In this document: one piece after another, positions 11,460-24,579 of the stretch | Position numbering within the stretch: position 1 is the stretch's first letter | Layout: each line of letters starts with the position of its first letter | Source of the DNA: Amphiscolops sp. MND2022 | Lineage: Eukaryota | Assembly (NCBI GenBank): GCA_964187785.1 | Contig: OZ076421.1 | Location: forward strand, 54,064,001 to 54,128,000 | Direction: 5' to 3' | DNA: 64,000 nucleotides | The notes under the pieces: generated by a model | What the model was told of the DNA's origin: nothing | Seen by the model: the letters and a program-made list of their open reading frames with translations, nothing else | Databases searched by the model: none | Position numbers and translations under genes: made by a program

Positions 11460-14400
11460 TTTTCCGATATAATTTCAATAATAAAATCGGAAGTTCTTAA
11501 TGCCTACCACAAAAAAAACGAAAGAAACCTAGAAAGTCTAAGGAAGCCGAAATGTTATCTGATATTGAAAATCTTGATATAATGTTAGGAGCAGGAAATG
11601 ACCTAGAAAGGGAAGAAAGCGAATTTAGTAACTATGTCAGAAGACCACAAAACCCTGGTTACAATGCATTGGTAAATCAGGATGTAAAATCTCACTCTAA
11701 CTCTAGAGAAGCGGAAATTAGGGGTTACCCGGGAAATGGCCAGAATACGGACGAAATTGATTCTAGCAGTGAAATAAATAGGTTGTCAGAGGAATTAAAT
11801 CAAAGAATCACTCAAGAAATGAACGACGTTATGAGTAGCGTGAGCTCACAAATCCAAAGAGCCATCAATGTGGCAATAAATGAACAAGTTCGGCCTCAGA
11901 TTCAGGCAACTCTAGGATCCGGGCAAAGACAAGTGCCTACTAGGAGATGGGAAGTCACGGCCAGAACACCGGAATATAGTTCCGAAGAAGCCTTAAACTG
12001 CAAATTCAGAAGCCGTTTAAGAGATGACTTTCTTAGAGGTCCCAAAAGAAATTTGGATTAAAAGAATACTCATTCCGCGCTCAACCAACCCACCCATGAT
12101 CACAACGATTCTCTTGACACGACCCTAGTTGCACCAGAACAAACTCCCCCAACGACCGTATAAGAGCTGATATACAGATTAGCTGACGAATTGACTAATC
12201 TTCTGAATCGATCAACAGCCCAACAACAATTCACTATCCGCCCACCCAACTCCAATACAATGACTTTTGACGGCAAAAGTGAGAACATTGAGTTGTTCGA
12301 AGATTTATTCCACACAAAGAACAAGATGCAGCCGGAAATGTCTGAACAAATGAAAATCAATGACGTTCATTCAATTTTTAGGAAGGGAGCACTCGAAACC
12401 TTCAGAGATATCAACACGATCAATTTACAAACTCTTAAAGACGTATTAGTCATTTTCAGACGAACATACGTCAACCCAGAATCACAAGTGACTGCCAAAC
12501 ACAAATGACATCGCTTGGTCTTTGAACACAATACGATGAAACTACCAGATTTCTTCGAAGAGTTAAATCATGGGCAGAAAAAGCAATCGGAGACAATGCT
12601 CAAAACATGATTCACAGCCACTTCTATGCGACACTGCCTCAAAAGATTAGTCAACATGACCAGACCAAAAATGGCTCTTACGACGAAATTGTTACCCAGC
12701 TTGAGAGGGAATTGGAGCCTAATGCTCTCGATTAGTCAGACGTCCTACCCATGGAGACTATGACCTCTTCCACATCCAAGCAGAAAAACCTTCTCTCAAA
12801 TGGGCTACTCACTGATATCGTCTACAATTATTGCAAAGAAAAGGGTCAAATGGTCAATGATTGCAAAAAACGCAAGAAGAAAAAAGAAAAAGATGCCCAA
12901 AAAGGGAAACCAACTCAGAAGATAATATACCCTAAGTGTAGAAAGACAAACCACCCTGAGGAATGATGTTGGCAAGGTGCAGGTGCGCATCTCAAGCCTA
13001 AACGTACTAGGCCCGAAGACTCATCGGATAACAATCCGGACTCAAAAGCACTGAAAACCCACCATATCCCCACATTGTTAAGCTCTCGGTCGACATCAAA
13101 AAAGGACCATTCAATAGACTGTTTTCGCCACTACTCAATTATCACCATCTAGTATCAGTTAAACAATTTGTCAAATCTGATCATGGAACTGAAACTTTTC
13201 ATGAATACCAAAAACAATTGATGGGGTGTGGCTCTGTTGTGTGAAGGATCAGAGGACTTTGGGGAATTAACCTTAGACTGCCTAATCGACACTGGGGCGT
13301 TATCCAGTGAAATTCCGGAAATGTACCTCCGGGAAATCCGCTTACTCTCTCCTCAATCAGTAATCCAGGAAGGGCCTCCTACCAACTTTCAAATATTGGT
13401 CGCTAACGGACAATTAGAAACAAATTTACTGTTGAAGTGGATTTTGATGTTGGTGGCATCGAGTTCCACGAAATCTTCATAGTGATCGAAAATCTAACGG
13501 GACCGTAATTGGACTAATATTCCTCCAGAGAAATCATACAGTTTTGGAAATGAGACAGGGCATTTTGAACTTCCCATTTTTTTGATGCAGAGCAAAACAG
13601 TTGACCGTCGATAGTCTAATATCCTTGAGCCAATCCTTAATCCGACCGAAATACCCTTTCCGCCGAATTATAGAGTCCTATTTTGGACAAAATCCCTACT
13701 CTACCCTGAGAATGCCGTCACTGGCACCCCCAGCCAAGCGACATTCTACACGACGAAGGGGACATTACATTCTGCCCAGCACTGGTCACCTTGAACGATT
13801 GCAATATTTAGGTACCTGTGAATAATTTCACAGATAACCCCTATAATTTCAAGAAGGGACTCCATATTGCCAACATTTTGCCATGACACCGGAACAAATG
13901 AAATATGTCAAACTAATCGAACCAGCGTCAACTTGGAATTTGTTACAAAATGACCAGGAGCAAGCAGTCCATTACGTCACGTCAGTAGTCTCATTAAAAC
14001 TAACAAAAATCCACAAAAATTTGAACACTTTTGGTTTCCTACTCCAGAAATCACTGAAAACACCGACGAACACACGCCCAATCAGAAACAACTCCTACGG
14101 GAATTACAAGCCTTACCGGAACTGGGGACACTTAATCCTACAAAAATTGCGGAACCAAAGACAAAGTTCCAAGAAAACTGTGCAAAGAATGAAATTGTGC
14201 AAATCAAAGAACTGGTTGTTGAATTCCATGACATATTTGCGTGACACCTATTCGATATCGGAATGAATGAAGAATTCAAGGTAAATTGACACCTAAGGAC
14301 AATTCCCCAGCTTTCAGCCGAAGTCTTTCAGCACCAATCAATTCTAAAGAAGACATACTCGTTGAATTAGCTATGCGACACAAAAATTGCATAATCACCA

Positions 14401-15737
14401 CTGTCCCATTCTCCAAATATGCCAGCCCCATATTCGCGCAGAAAAACCAAATGGGAAACTCGGATTAATAGTAGACTTGAGACAAGTCAACAACCCAATT
14501 TCGGACGAATATTTAAACAATTTTTTAGCACCCCTTTTAGCACCCTAACTGACGCTACCCAGCGCATGGCAGTGAAAAAACTCTTTTGTAAACTGGACTG
14601 TTCGCAGGCATATCACTGCTTACAGATGGCCGACCAGTCCTCAATAGAGATGCTGGCATTCAATTTTGCTAGTCGCACTTTGGCACACAGACGTTTTGCA
14701 CAAGTCTTTAGTCGGGCACTTTCCGCATTAAAGAGTTTTCTGAGGGAATAGCTTGATGAAGTACCAATGTGCTCAGTACGTAGACGACATCGGCATTGCA
14801 GCCAATGACGCTGACCTGATAGCAACTTTCAAATGTATCCAGGAAGCAGGCCTTGAACTGCCAATGCACAAATGTCATTTCGATTTTGTTGCAACAGAAA
14901 TTGACTTCCTCGGACGAACCATCACCCCTCAACGCGTCAATCACCACACCTCAAACCTCAAAAAAATGTTCAGATTTTTCTTGAGAAAACTAAATTCCCG
15001 AAGTCGAAAAAGGCTTAACAACGATTTTTGGGATATATGAACTATTATTGCAATTACGTCCCGCGACAGTCAGAACGCCTAGCCCCGTTCTACAAGATGC
15101 TCAGAAGTGACGACGACAAGGTCATTGTGTCTAAAAAATTGCATCACCAATTTGAGAAGATCAACAGAGCACAAGACAAATATTGCGACCTAGCTCTTCA
15201 GCAGCTGCTTCCCAACAAATAAATCGCCCTAATGACGGACGCGAGCTTTGTTGCTGCCAGATATTCAGTCCTGATAGAAGACGATCCTCACCAGAACTTC
15301 ACTTCACTCCGCAAATCATACGCCTCAGTGGCCTATGGATCAAACACTTTCACATCAACCCAAACAAAGATGTCCCTACACGCAAAACAATTCCTTGCGA
15401 TATATTTTGCGTTCACAAAATTGGGCCACATTTTCTGGGGAGCGCACAAACCGGTCATTATCCTCACCGACAATAAAGCAAATGCGGTGACGCGATTCTT
15501 TCAAACAAAGATCGTGCCCCCAGCCCCGTGTAATGCCTGTGACGATGTCATACAATTCAGTTTTGTTTAGCTCACATCCCAGGAGCCCAAAACACAGCGG
15601 CAGCCTACCTATCGTGTCTAGAAGCTGATCCAAAAGACAAATTGGTCATGAAAATCAGTGAGGAAGAAACTGCCAATAGAAATCAATGTTCAATCAGCAG
15701 GAGTAACACAAGAAGAACAAATCTTCTATACGACCGA
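11460..15737 (+). mobile_element. Ty3/Gypsy family C copy (LTR-ORF, gag, PR, RT, RNase H; integrase missing)
   Basis: ORF 11552-12061; gag TMTFDGKSENIELFEDLF; CNYC knuckle; LIDTGA (~13290); QYVDDIG (~14780); MTDAS RNase H (15232). Truncated at ~15737. Confidence 0.92.
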
Positions 15738-15971
15738 TGATGTTTTGTATTGTAGGTGTGCCAACTTTAAAGTTGATCCAGGCGGCTAGAACCAAAGTGA
15801 TTTTAATAGGCAGGAATCACCGGATAGCACTGTAGAATGAAGGCCTACACGGATCGCACGTGTGTGGTAGGAACGAAAAATTTTACTAAGACGAATCACC
15901 GAAAAAGTGGTTAGAACGGAGAAAATTAATTACCAACACGAATTCACACAGTGGTGTGTTGGAACGGAAAG

Positions 15972-16067
15972 AATTTCAACTGACAGGAATTACGTTGAGT
16001 GACGCAGTCAGAACCAGATAATTTCAACTGACAGGAAATACGTTTAGTGACGCAGTCAGACCCATAG
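15972..16067. repeat. 48-bp tandem duplication within LTR-like sequence starting at ~15738
   Basis: aatttcaactgacaggaa(t/a)tacgtt(g/t)agtgacgcagtcaga occurs at 15972 and 16020. Confidence 0.85.
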
Positions 16068-17330
16068 CAAGAAAGTGAAGTTAGGAACGGTAGATGATGA
16101 GAAAAATGAGGGAAACGGAGTGTCGAACAAAGAGATATCGGATGAGAAAGTTGGGAAAAGTTGTACAAGAAGATTGGAATTGTGGTACTAGAAAAGAGAA
16201 TTTTCGTGATCGCACCAATTGAGCTGTGAAAGATTATTGTTATATGGTATGAGATGTTAGTTAGATTTGTTCCTTTGAAGTATCACATAAGAAGTCAAAG
16301 AATCTTTACAGCAAATCGTCTAAGTCTTTTAGTTTGGAAGCTAGCTATTTCTATGCTCTGAGATCTCAGTTAGGTCTTTCTTCTAAGGGAAGACTGTTCA
16401 GTAGATCAGATTCTATTTTTCTCCGAGTAGATATATTCTACAATTTCATTAATGATTATACTGATTAAAGTGCAAAGCTAATCAATTTAAAGTGACACCA
16501 ATAAGATTGGTTAATAATGAAGTTATCACAAGCTGACAGTTAGGTACTAATGAAATTATCTTCGAATGTCACCAATCTAATCAACTTCTGAAGTGACATC
16601 TGTCTTTAGAAATGTGGGTGACTTTCAAGGTTAGATAAATATTCGAAAGTTCTTGAGGACATGCATCATGGCATCACAGTTTTAAAGAGGTTTTTTCAAC
16701 ACCTGAGCCGGACGCTCCATCCAATTGTGCATGCACATAACATCACATTCGCCAGGACAACGTTCAGGGAGCTACGTTCAGCCTCTTCATCGAACATGAT
16801 CAACGTCATGCGCGTACCGTTGTCAAAACATATGGCATCATCTTACGTGAGCTAGGCATTCCCAGTTTCCTCCACAGACTGCAAAGGTCTCCATATCGCT
16901 ACTGTGTAACCGATGAAGGAAAACCACGAAAGCCCTGAAGGTCAATGTTTTCGACACTAATGTTACTGGATTATGCAACAGTTCACGATTATGTGCTTTA
17001 GACCTGAAAATAGCACTACATCGACTACGAGTCAGTATAACTGACAAAAACGTTAGACTGAAAACCTATACTCACATCTACCTAAAAACTTGGCTGCGCT
17101 ACTTTATCACTTTAGCTAGAAGAGACTCAATTACCATTGTTAATTAATGAACGTCGTGGCTACGTGTATAATATTCCAATCACTACGGCAAAATACATTT
17201 TACCAACCAATTATTTAATCTCTTCTCCTTTTCTGTGTTATGGAACCTGCCAGTGAAAAATACAGATAGTTTTCGCTCAATTACATTAGTTTGTTTCAGC
17301 ATGAATTCCAGTCCTTATCATTCTTATTTG

Positions 17331-17418
17331 TATTATTATTATTATTATTATAATTAATAATATTATTATTATTATTATAAATATTATTGTTATTATTATT
17401 ACTACTTTTCTTATTATT
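17331..17418. repeat. Imperfect (TAT)n microsatellite
   Basis: Runs of tattattatt.. Confidence 0.9.
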
Positions 17419-18124
17419 TCAATTTCGCCATGTTTTTTCATAAGCCCACAAACTCGTAGTTCATTTCAATCAAGAAACACGATTGGCTATTTCCATTGAT
17501 GCAGTCAAAAAGATTGCACTACTGTCATGTGAATTGTTGACAAAAAGTTAACTGACTTTTTTTTTCAGTCGTCAAGTGACACCTTTGAAAAATTGAGCGA
17601 ACTATACTCAAGAGGCACTGAACATGCTAGTTTCCTGAAACAGTTGGAATTTGTTGATGATAGTGTAACTCGGGAAAATTCTGAAGAAGGAAACCCAAGA
17701 AAAAGTTTTGAGGTTTCCCGCGCTATATTCCCGCTAAAATTGGGGTCAGACCTAAGGTCGGATAGACCTCACCAATTCATTCATCAATTCTTAACACTGA
17801 AAATCAGCTGCACAAAACCGAACCGAGACAAAAAACGAAGAAAGTCTTCATTGTCGTTATCGTAAGGAGATGGCCTTACAATTTAATTTTGAAGGACCTA
17901 CAAGATCACTTGTAGACTTGTCCTACTAATCGTCAGATGAAGATATCGATGTGGATTCTGTAACATCAACTGAAAACGTGGCAGTGTTAAACGCCGAAGA
18001 TGACGATATTCAAGTACTGGCATCCCATCGGACGATCCCAGAACGCCAGCGATAGCGACGGAAATAACACAATGCCTAAATGACCATGGGAACGGGTTTT
18101 ATCGAAAGCAGCATAGAAGAGTTG

Positions 18125-20370
18125 AGTTTGGGTCTATATAGAAATGTTGGATTTGTTTATATTATGAATATAAAAAGGAGTTGGCTTTAATATTTGGAGT
18201 TAAAGAGTAGGGTTTTTGTTTTGTTTCACCATTTGTTAAAGGTAGAGAGAACAGGATCATCTGTTTGAGCTTTGAGTAAAATGGGTATTGTGAGAAAAGT
18301 ATCTGGTGGGAGGAAGTAGTTTTCAAAAGCTTTACAATGAGCAAAAACGACGGGTCAAGTATGGGTAATGATTGAGTAGAGGTAGGTTTATTAGGAGTTT
18401 CAGTAATAGCGTTAGTGTTGAAAGTTTCATCAAAATTGGGAGTGGACAAGTTTATCATATTGGTTCAGATATCTTGTGAAAAGTGAGAATCGTTGAAGTT
18501 TTGATTTTGAATTTCAGAGAGAAGTGTGTGAAGATCATTAGAGGATTGTCAACCTCGTTGGGGAGTTCTTTTCATAACAGGGTAATCAGTTTCATATATA
18601 TCAGTTTCATTAGAAAGAGGGTTTTCTTGAAGTAATGTTTTGACTTTATTTTTTAAAGGTTTTCTATATTTGTTTAGGAAGGAAGAAACGGATTGAAAAG
18701 AAAAAGAATCAAGAGAAGTATATGTAACAGTATTTCCTTTTTCTTGAATACGGAGTGTAAATTGATCATCACGGAGTGTAAATTGAATCACTTCTCCTGT
18801 GTGGATGGTTCATCTTCATGTTGAATATTTAATTTGTTTTAGAGTATTGTTGGGTTTGAGTTGTACAAACTCAATGTGTGGAGGAAGAGTTTTATGTCGT
18901 AATTGACAGGTTTTGTTTGCAATACTAGAAAAATCTCTACTGATCATATTAGCAACGGTTAGGTTTGTTCCAGCAGTAAAAATAATTTGGAAGTTTGAGA
19001 ATTTTTTAAATAATATTTGAGCTTCAAAATCTCTAGGGGTGCGATTTCCTTTGCGGATGAAAAGAAAGAGAATAGGATTGTGATCTGTAAAAATAGTGAT
19101 AGGAAATTTGAAGCCAAAGATAATAAATCAATACTGAGAAAGGGCAAAAGTTATAGCACAGAGGTCTCGATCACATGTGGAGAGTTTTTGTTTTTGAGTT
19201 GTTTAAATACAAGATTTATGAGCTATGACTTGCATTTTAGTATTGGTGTTGGGTTGAAACCATATTGCACCTAAACCAATAGGAGAGGCGTCAACAGTGA
19301 TATAAAAAGAATGAGTGGTATTAGGAATTGCAAGTTCTGCATCTTTTGAGAGGGAAGTTTCAATTTCATTAAAGAGTTGATATATTTCTGGACTCCATTC
19401 AATTGAAATATCATCGTGGAGAAGAGTGTAAAAAAGTTTAGGTGAATTGAGGAGTTTATTGATAAGTTTGGCCTAGAAATTCATTGATCCAATAAAACGC
19501 ATTGATTCAGTTTTGGAAGTAGGAGTTTTCAATTTATGGATGCCATCAAGAGGAGGTTTAAAAGTATTATTGCCAAATTCATGTGCAAGGAGTTTGACAG
19601 TGAGAAGGATATGAAATGATTTTCCAGGAGCAATTTTAAGGTTGTTAGAACTACAGATTTGATGTAATTGTTCAATTAAAAATAATAAATGATTTTTTGT
19701 ATGAGCAAGAAGATGAATATCATCAGAATAAACAAGTGCAAAACCTTTTTCAATGAGTTTTTGTAAAACGAGTACATTTGTTTAGTGAAAAAATTTGGTA
19801 GTCCTTTTTGACCATAACCGCGAGTGAAGGCGTAAAGTTTGTCTCCAGATGAGAAACTTGTGAGAGTTATAGTTTCTTCATCTAAAGGGGCAAATGCATA
19901 AGCGTACATTAGGTCAATTGCTGATTTATTTTTTTACTAGCGCGTACAAGTTGAGGAGCTAAAAGTTCAATAGGCCAAGATTCAAAACATTTATATGTAT
20001 TAGAGTTTGAAAGTCTAGTGTCTAAGATGACTTCAATGGTGTCTCCTTTCGGGATAATAACGAGTGGATTTTTAAAAAATGGTACCATAAATGGATTTAT
20101 CTGAGTGAGAAGAACCAATTTGTCTAATGATATTGTGTTTTTCTAATTCATCAAGTAGTTTTTAAGTTTTTCTCTATAATGGATTGGTACCTTAGTATGT
20201 CTTTGGTTTTGAAGTTTAGCATTAGGTTTGAGGCGAATTATAAACGGGGTTGTTATTTACCAACGTCATTACGATGAGTTGCATAGCAATGTTGACATTT
20301 AACAAGAATGGAGCAAAGTTTTAAATATTCGTTATCAGTGACATCAGAGTATTGGAATTTAAATTTGTTA
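18125..20370 (-). mobile_element. pol: Family B pol fragment (RT-RNase H)
   Basis: Collinear with 50800-52800 (e.g. AYAH..PLD.E...LTSFSSGDKLYAFTRG.YG.KGLPNFFTKQM). YSDD at ~19725, ITVDASPIGLG RNase H. Confidence 0.9.
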
Positions 20371-22500
20371 TTGTACGGTCTTCTTCAACTCTACAGGCGC
20401 CGCTTTTGGGACAAAATGAAAACCCAAATTAGTCACGTGTGCTGCTGCGAGCTGTTCCGGTTTAGCAACTGGTTGAAACAATTGCGTTGTAAGTGGCAAT
20501 GCACCAAGTTGTTGTTGTTGTATATTTTCGGTGGCTAGAGCGATTCTGCATTCTTCGTTCCTGTTTTTCGTTAATTTGTCATCAATTCCGATCTGATCAA
20601 GCCAAGAAAGTACCTTTTCAAACGGATCGCTTTAGCTGGGTACTGGGTAGACGCTTCGCAAACTAAACTTGTACTTGCTCGGCTACCCTCCTCTCGAGCT
20701 GTTTCCATTAGCTCTTCTGAGATTCGTTTAGCTCTCTCCTTTTCTTCTTCGAGATTAGCTAGTTCTTTCACCAGTATCCTCATGCCCATCTCCTCTTGTT
20801 TCCTTCGGATCTTGGCTTGGCGTTTCTTTGCAGCTAGTGTCTCATCCGTTTCTTCTTGTTTTGTCTTTGCTTGCAATTCCAGAAGTAGTACTCGCTTTGC
20901 ATTTGATGACTCAGTACTAACTGTTGTTCTGTTGCCCATTGAATTTGCATTGCTTGCACACTAATCTCTTTCTTCGGGTAGCGAATTCACCTCATTTACG
21001 CAAACGATTCACAAACGAATTTGGTAAAATCGCACCCTGTGCTCCTTCTTCATTCGCATCCTTCTGAGGAGAAGTGTCGCGGGACTTTAGATGTTGTTCC
21101 TGCCACTCCACCCTGGCACGGGCCATTATTCCCTCCATACGGTGCAATTCACGGTGAAATGAAGTATCTCCACTGGGTTTCAACAACTCATACATCTTAG
21201 GCACATTTTCATTGCTCCTTTCAACGGTTTCTTCGTTAGTTTCTACCAATATTTTGTAATCCTCTGAGTTGCAAAGAGTTTCCCGATTTTTGTCGATTAC
21301 GTCCTCGTTTTTTTGAAGCATTTCATCACAATTCTCTTTTAAAGAGTTTTAAAGCTGTAGGAACTCCTTCAACAGTCTTTCATTCTTTAGGCGCCGCATC
21401 ACTGTGAGCATCTGACCAATGTTTTTATGTCGTGTTTCCAAGGAATATATTTCATCCCGATGTCTGCAAAATCTGTCGCTTTTACTTTCCGCCCATTCTG
21501 GATGATATTTGGCTTTCAGGAGCGCTGTGTTCGCCGCGACGAGTCTCTTCTATCTGGTGGAAACGTCTTGTCGGTTCGGTAGAAGGTCTGCGATATTCTT
21601 TTTTGTCACGTCTGCTTTGCGCAGCTAAACATGTATTGCATCTATTTTGTCTCAAAGTTTTGGATTGCTTTCATGTTGCTCTCCCATTGCTGCTTGTCCA
21701 TAGAACTCTTCAAAAGGTTGCCAATTCTTTTGTAATCAATTTTCTGAGGTTCAGTCATTTTTTTACACTAGCCCAAAACCCCAGAGTACACTAACTAACC
21801 CAAAGAGTTCAAATATTCCACTGCGAACACAATTCCCAACAGACCAATAAAGTAACCCAAACCTCCAGAGTACACCTTATAACCGAGAACTCCTGTAATC
21901 CCACTTACAATATCCCACAGTCTGCAGGAGTAGCCCAAGCTCCTGCGTACACAATACACAGAGGAGAGCCCAGATGAGACCACTTTGCAGCGCACACAGT
22001 TTTGTAGGGTTCAACAACAGTGGTTCAACAGCTGTCGTCCACTGTACACTTTCACTCGTACGAGCACTGCTTTCCTGGTTGATTAGCAGTTAGATGATCA
22101 TCCAGTTGTCTGCCCAATTGATGATGTCCTCCCCAAAATTGATAAAGTCCGGGTCAGCGGACCAAATGTAATGGCTACTTGATCCCTCACTTGACAGAGC
22201 TTTACGGCGCCCTGAATTGAGTGCTCGGCAATGCGGATCGTTACCGAACACTGCTTGCTTCATACATTAAAATGACTGTATCTTGACTTAGTAGGGTCCA
22301 ATGATCCCAATATACACTTCTTCCTTGTCTCTTAACACGTCCAACTATTCACAAGTTGAGAGTAACTAACTCAGTCGCCCTTTGTCTTTGTCGAAAAAAC
22401 GAAAAGAGGTGAAGAAATGAATTGAGTATGAATGTAGTCATGGAACCCGACTTTAATGCAGCTTTCCAATCAATTTGTGCCTAACTAATTATGGTATACA
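20371..22500 (-). mobile_element. BEL/Pao-like LTR retrotransposon 5' fragment (LTR, PBS, N-terminal gag region)
   Basis: Minus strand ..TACA|TT|TGGTCCGCTGACCCGG (PBS at ~22164, LTR from 22167). Coiled-coil ORFs 20992-21321 and 20571-20939 (STESSNAKRVLLLELQAK..KVLSWLD) resemble BEL gag N-termini. No pol present. Confidence 0.5.
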
Positions 22501-23099
22501 TCCATCTCATTTATAATTCTACAGTAAATATAAGTCAAAATATGAAGTAAAAAAAATATGACATTTACAGCATAATATGAAGTTATTGGCTATGTAAACA
22601 AACTATGTGGTGGTTTCGACATAATGTTAGGGGGGCTAGACAGTATGCTTACACATTGTAAATATCATCAATTTCAACAGAGTTACATTCAAAAGTGGTG
22701 ATAAGGGTAAATCGCAATGATTTCCATTTTGACTAAATGACCTTGAACATCACACATGTTAGGGGAGAGGGGTTATAACGGGTGAAAGACCTTGAAACTT
22801 GCACGGTGTGTTTGTGTTAGCTATTTGCATATGTGTGCCAAGATTCATGGCTCTATGACAAACAGTCTTCGAGAAAACCCATTTAAGGGGGTTTCCCCAA
22901 TTGCAATTTGTCGTTTTTCTTCAATTAATCATCTAAGTTTCTAAGAGTTTAAGTCTTGTTTCCCAACCAACATGTTCCCAATCAACTTTGTTAGCCTGCT
23001 GATGAATGACTCCAACAAAGACGTTGCCTAAAGCCCAAGAGCATACCCAGTGAAACTCATCTGCAGTCAATTCTGAGTATTGTCCTGTGTGACGCAAAA

Positions 23100-23950
23100 G
23101 TCTTGCCAGTTGTTGATTTCATCAGTAGGTCTAAAAGACAGAGAAGAAAAGTGAGACTTTTACAGCTGCAGTAAAGCGACACAAGGAAAATTTCGACAGA
23201 CTCGCTCGTAGTTATGTGTCTCTCCTATTCGGAGAAGCCCAGGGACACTTCCGGATGACATCAGACAATGTTAAAGGACTGGGAGCCTTCGATCTTCTAG
23301 GTGATCCCGCAGATTTATCCCAGTATTGCATTGGACAGTAATTTTCCAGTTTTCGCATGCGTGGATACTTTACTTCGGATCAAGAGTCTATTCTAACAGA
23401 AGAGTATCAGCCATTCGTTGATGAATTAAGGGGTTTATACCCTAATTTGGACCAGCCAACTGTAGTTATACCAGATGTAGTCTCTTTCATCTTTGGACAA
23501 CCGGCCCTTGAGTCTCGTCTTCACTTGACTCGTCTTATCAAGCTGAGTTGCCTCTGTTTAGAGGAACCTTACGCGGAAATGCCAACCGTCAAATTTCGTC
23601 CTGTGCGAACTGATGATCTGAAGAGTAGGTTTCTGGATACCGTCCCCCTTTTACAGTCCTTCCTCATGAATGTTTGCCGAAGTATAGAAACTTTGTCCTC
23701 TGACGAATCTGTATCCAAAAGCCATGCAGCCCACTTTCGGGAAAACTGCTTTCACCGACTCCTACAGTCTCCGGACTGACTTGCTTTACTTTGGGCGGGC
23801 GGCGATACTGAAAACTCTTGATCCCTCTGGAACTGTCGGTCGGAAGATCCCTTCTGATACTTTATCCGATTTGCCTACCTTTGATAATCCTCCTAAATAG
23901 TTTTGTCATCATCACTCGCAGAAACGTCCCATTCAGTTGTTGTCAGACTA
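23100..23950 (+). pseudogene. Unknown ORF, antisense to and downstream of the family C integrase
   Basis: Frame continues upstream of ORF 23357-23779 as RLARSYVSLLFGEAQGHFRMTSDNVKGLGAFD. Globular-looking composition, interrupted by stops. Confidence 0.5.
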
Positions 23951-24579
23951 TGAGCTCACTCAATCTGCTGAAAATCTTCTTGCTGGAAGTAGTAAAGACT
24001 AATTGTACATTATGTACAATTATAATTATTTGAAAACTTGTTTCATATAGTTCATAGTGTTGCAGTTTTTGTGTTATCTATTCTGTTGTTATTTTGTTTG
24101 AGTCTAAAGTTCGTCTAGTCCGATAAGATAATCAAGAAAATCAAGGAAGGGACCTTATTTAGGTGTCTGGCTAGTATATGTTTTCATCAGTAAAATTGGG
24201 TGTGTGGTTAGGACGTAGATTGTATTTTCATCTCCTGGGACTTTAATTTTCTACCACCATTTCATCATTTTCAGTGTCTAATACATCGGGCACGATTATC
24301 TCGCTTCTTCCTTTTCAAGATTATAGGGATCAGTAGTTCCTGGCGAGCTAGATTTGTCTCGTTCATAGTTGGTTTTTCGGTGCGGTCACGTGGACCGGCG
24401 GTCCACGTCGGTTTTTCCTTGCTGCTGTGGTTTGGTAGCAGCAGCATCAGTATCTTGCTATTGTCGTGTGGACCAAAGGTCCGCGTCGGCTCCTTCGTAC
24501 TGCTGCTTTTCGGTAGCAGCTGCATCAGTGTGTTGTAATTTCTACGTCCTGCTGTCCAGAATCAGCGGTTGAGTTTCCT

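Noticed and set aside
24385-24545. ~78-bp imperfect duplication after integrase
   Set aside because: An ordinary low-complexity repeat in a retroelement 3' region; no further signal.
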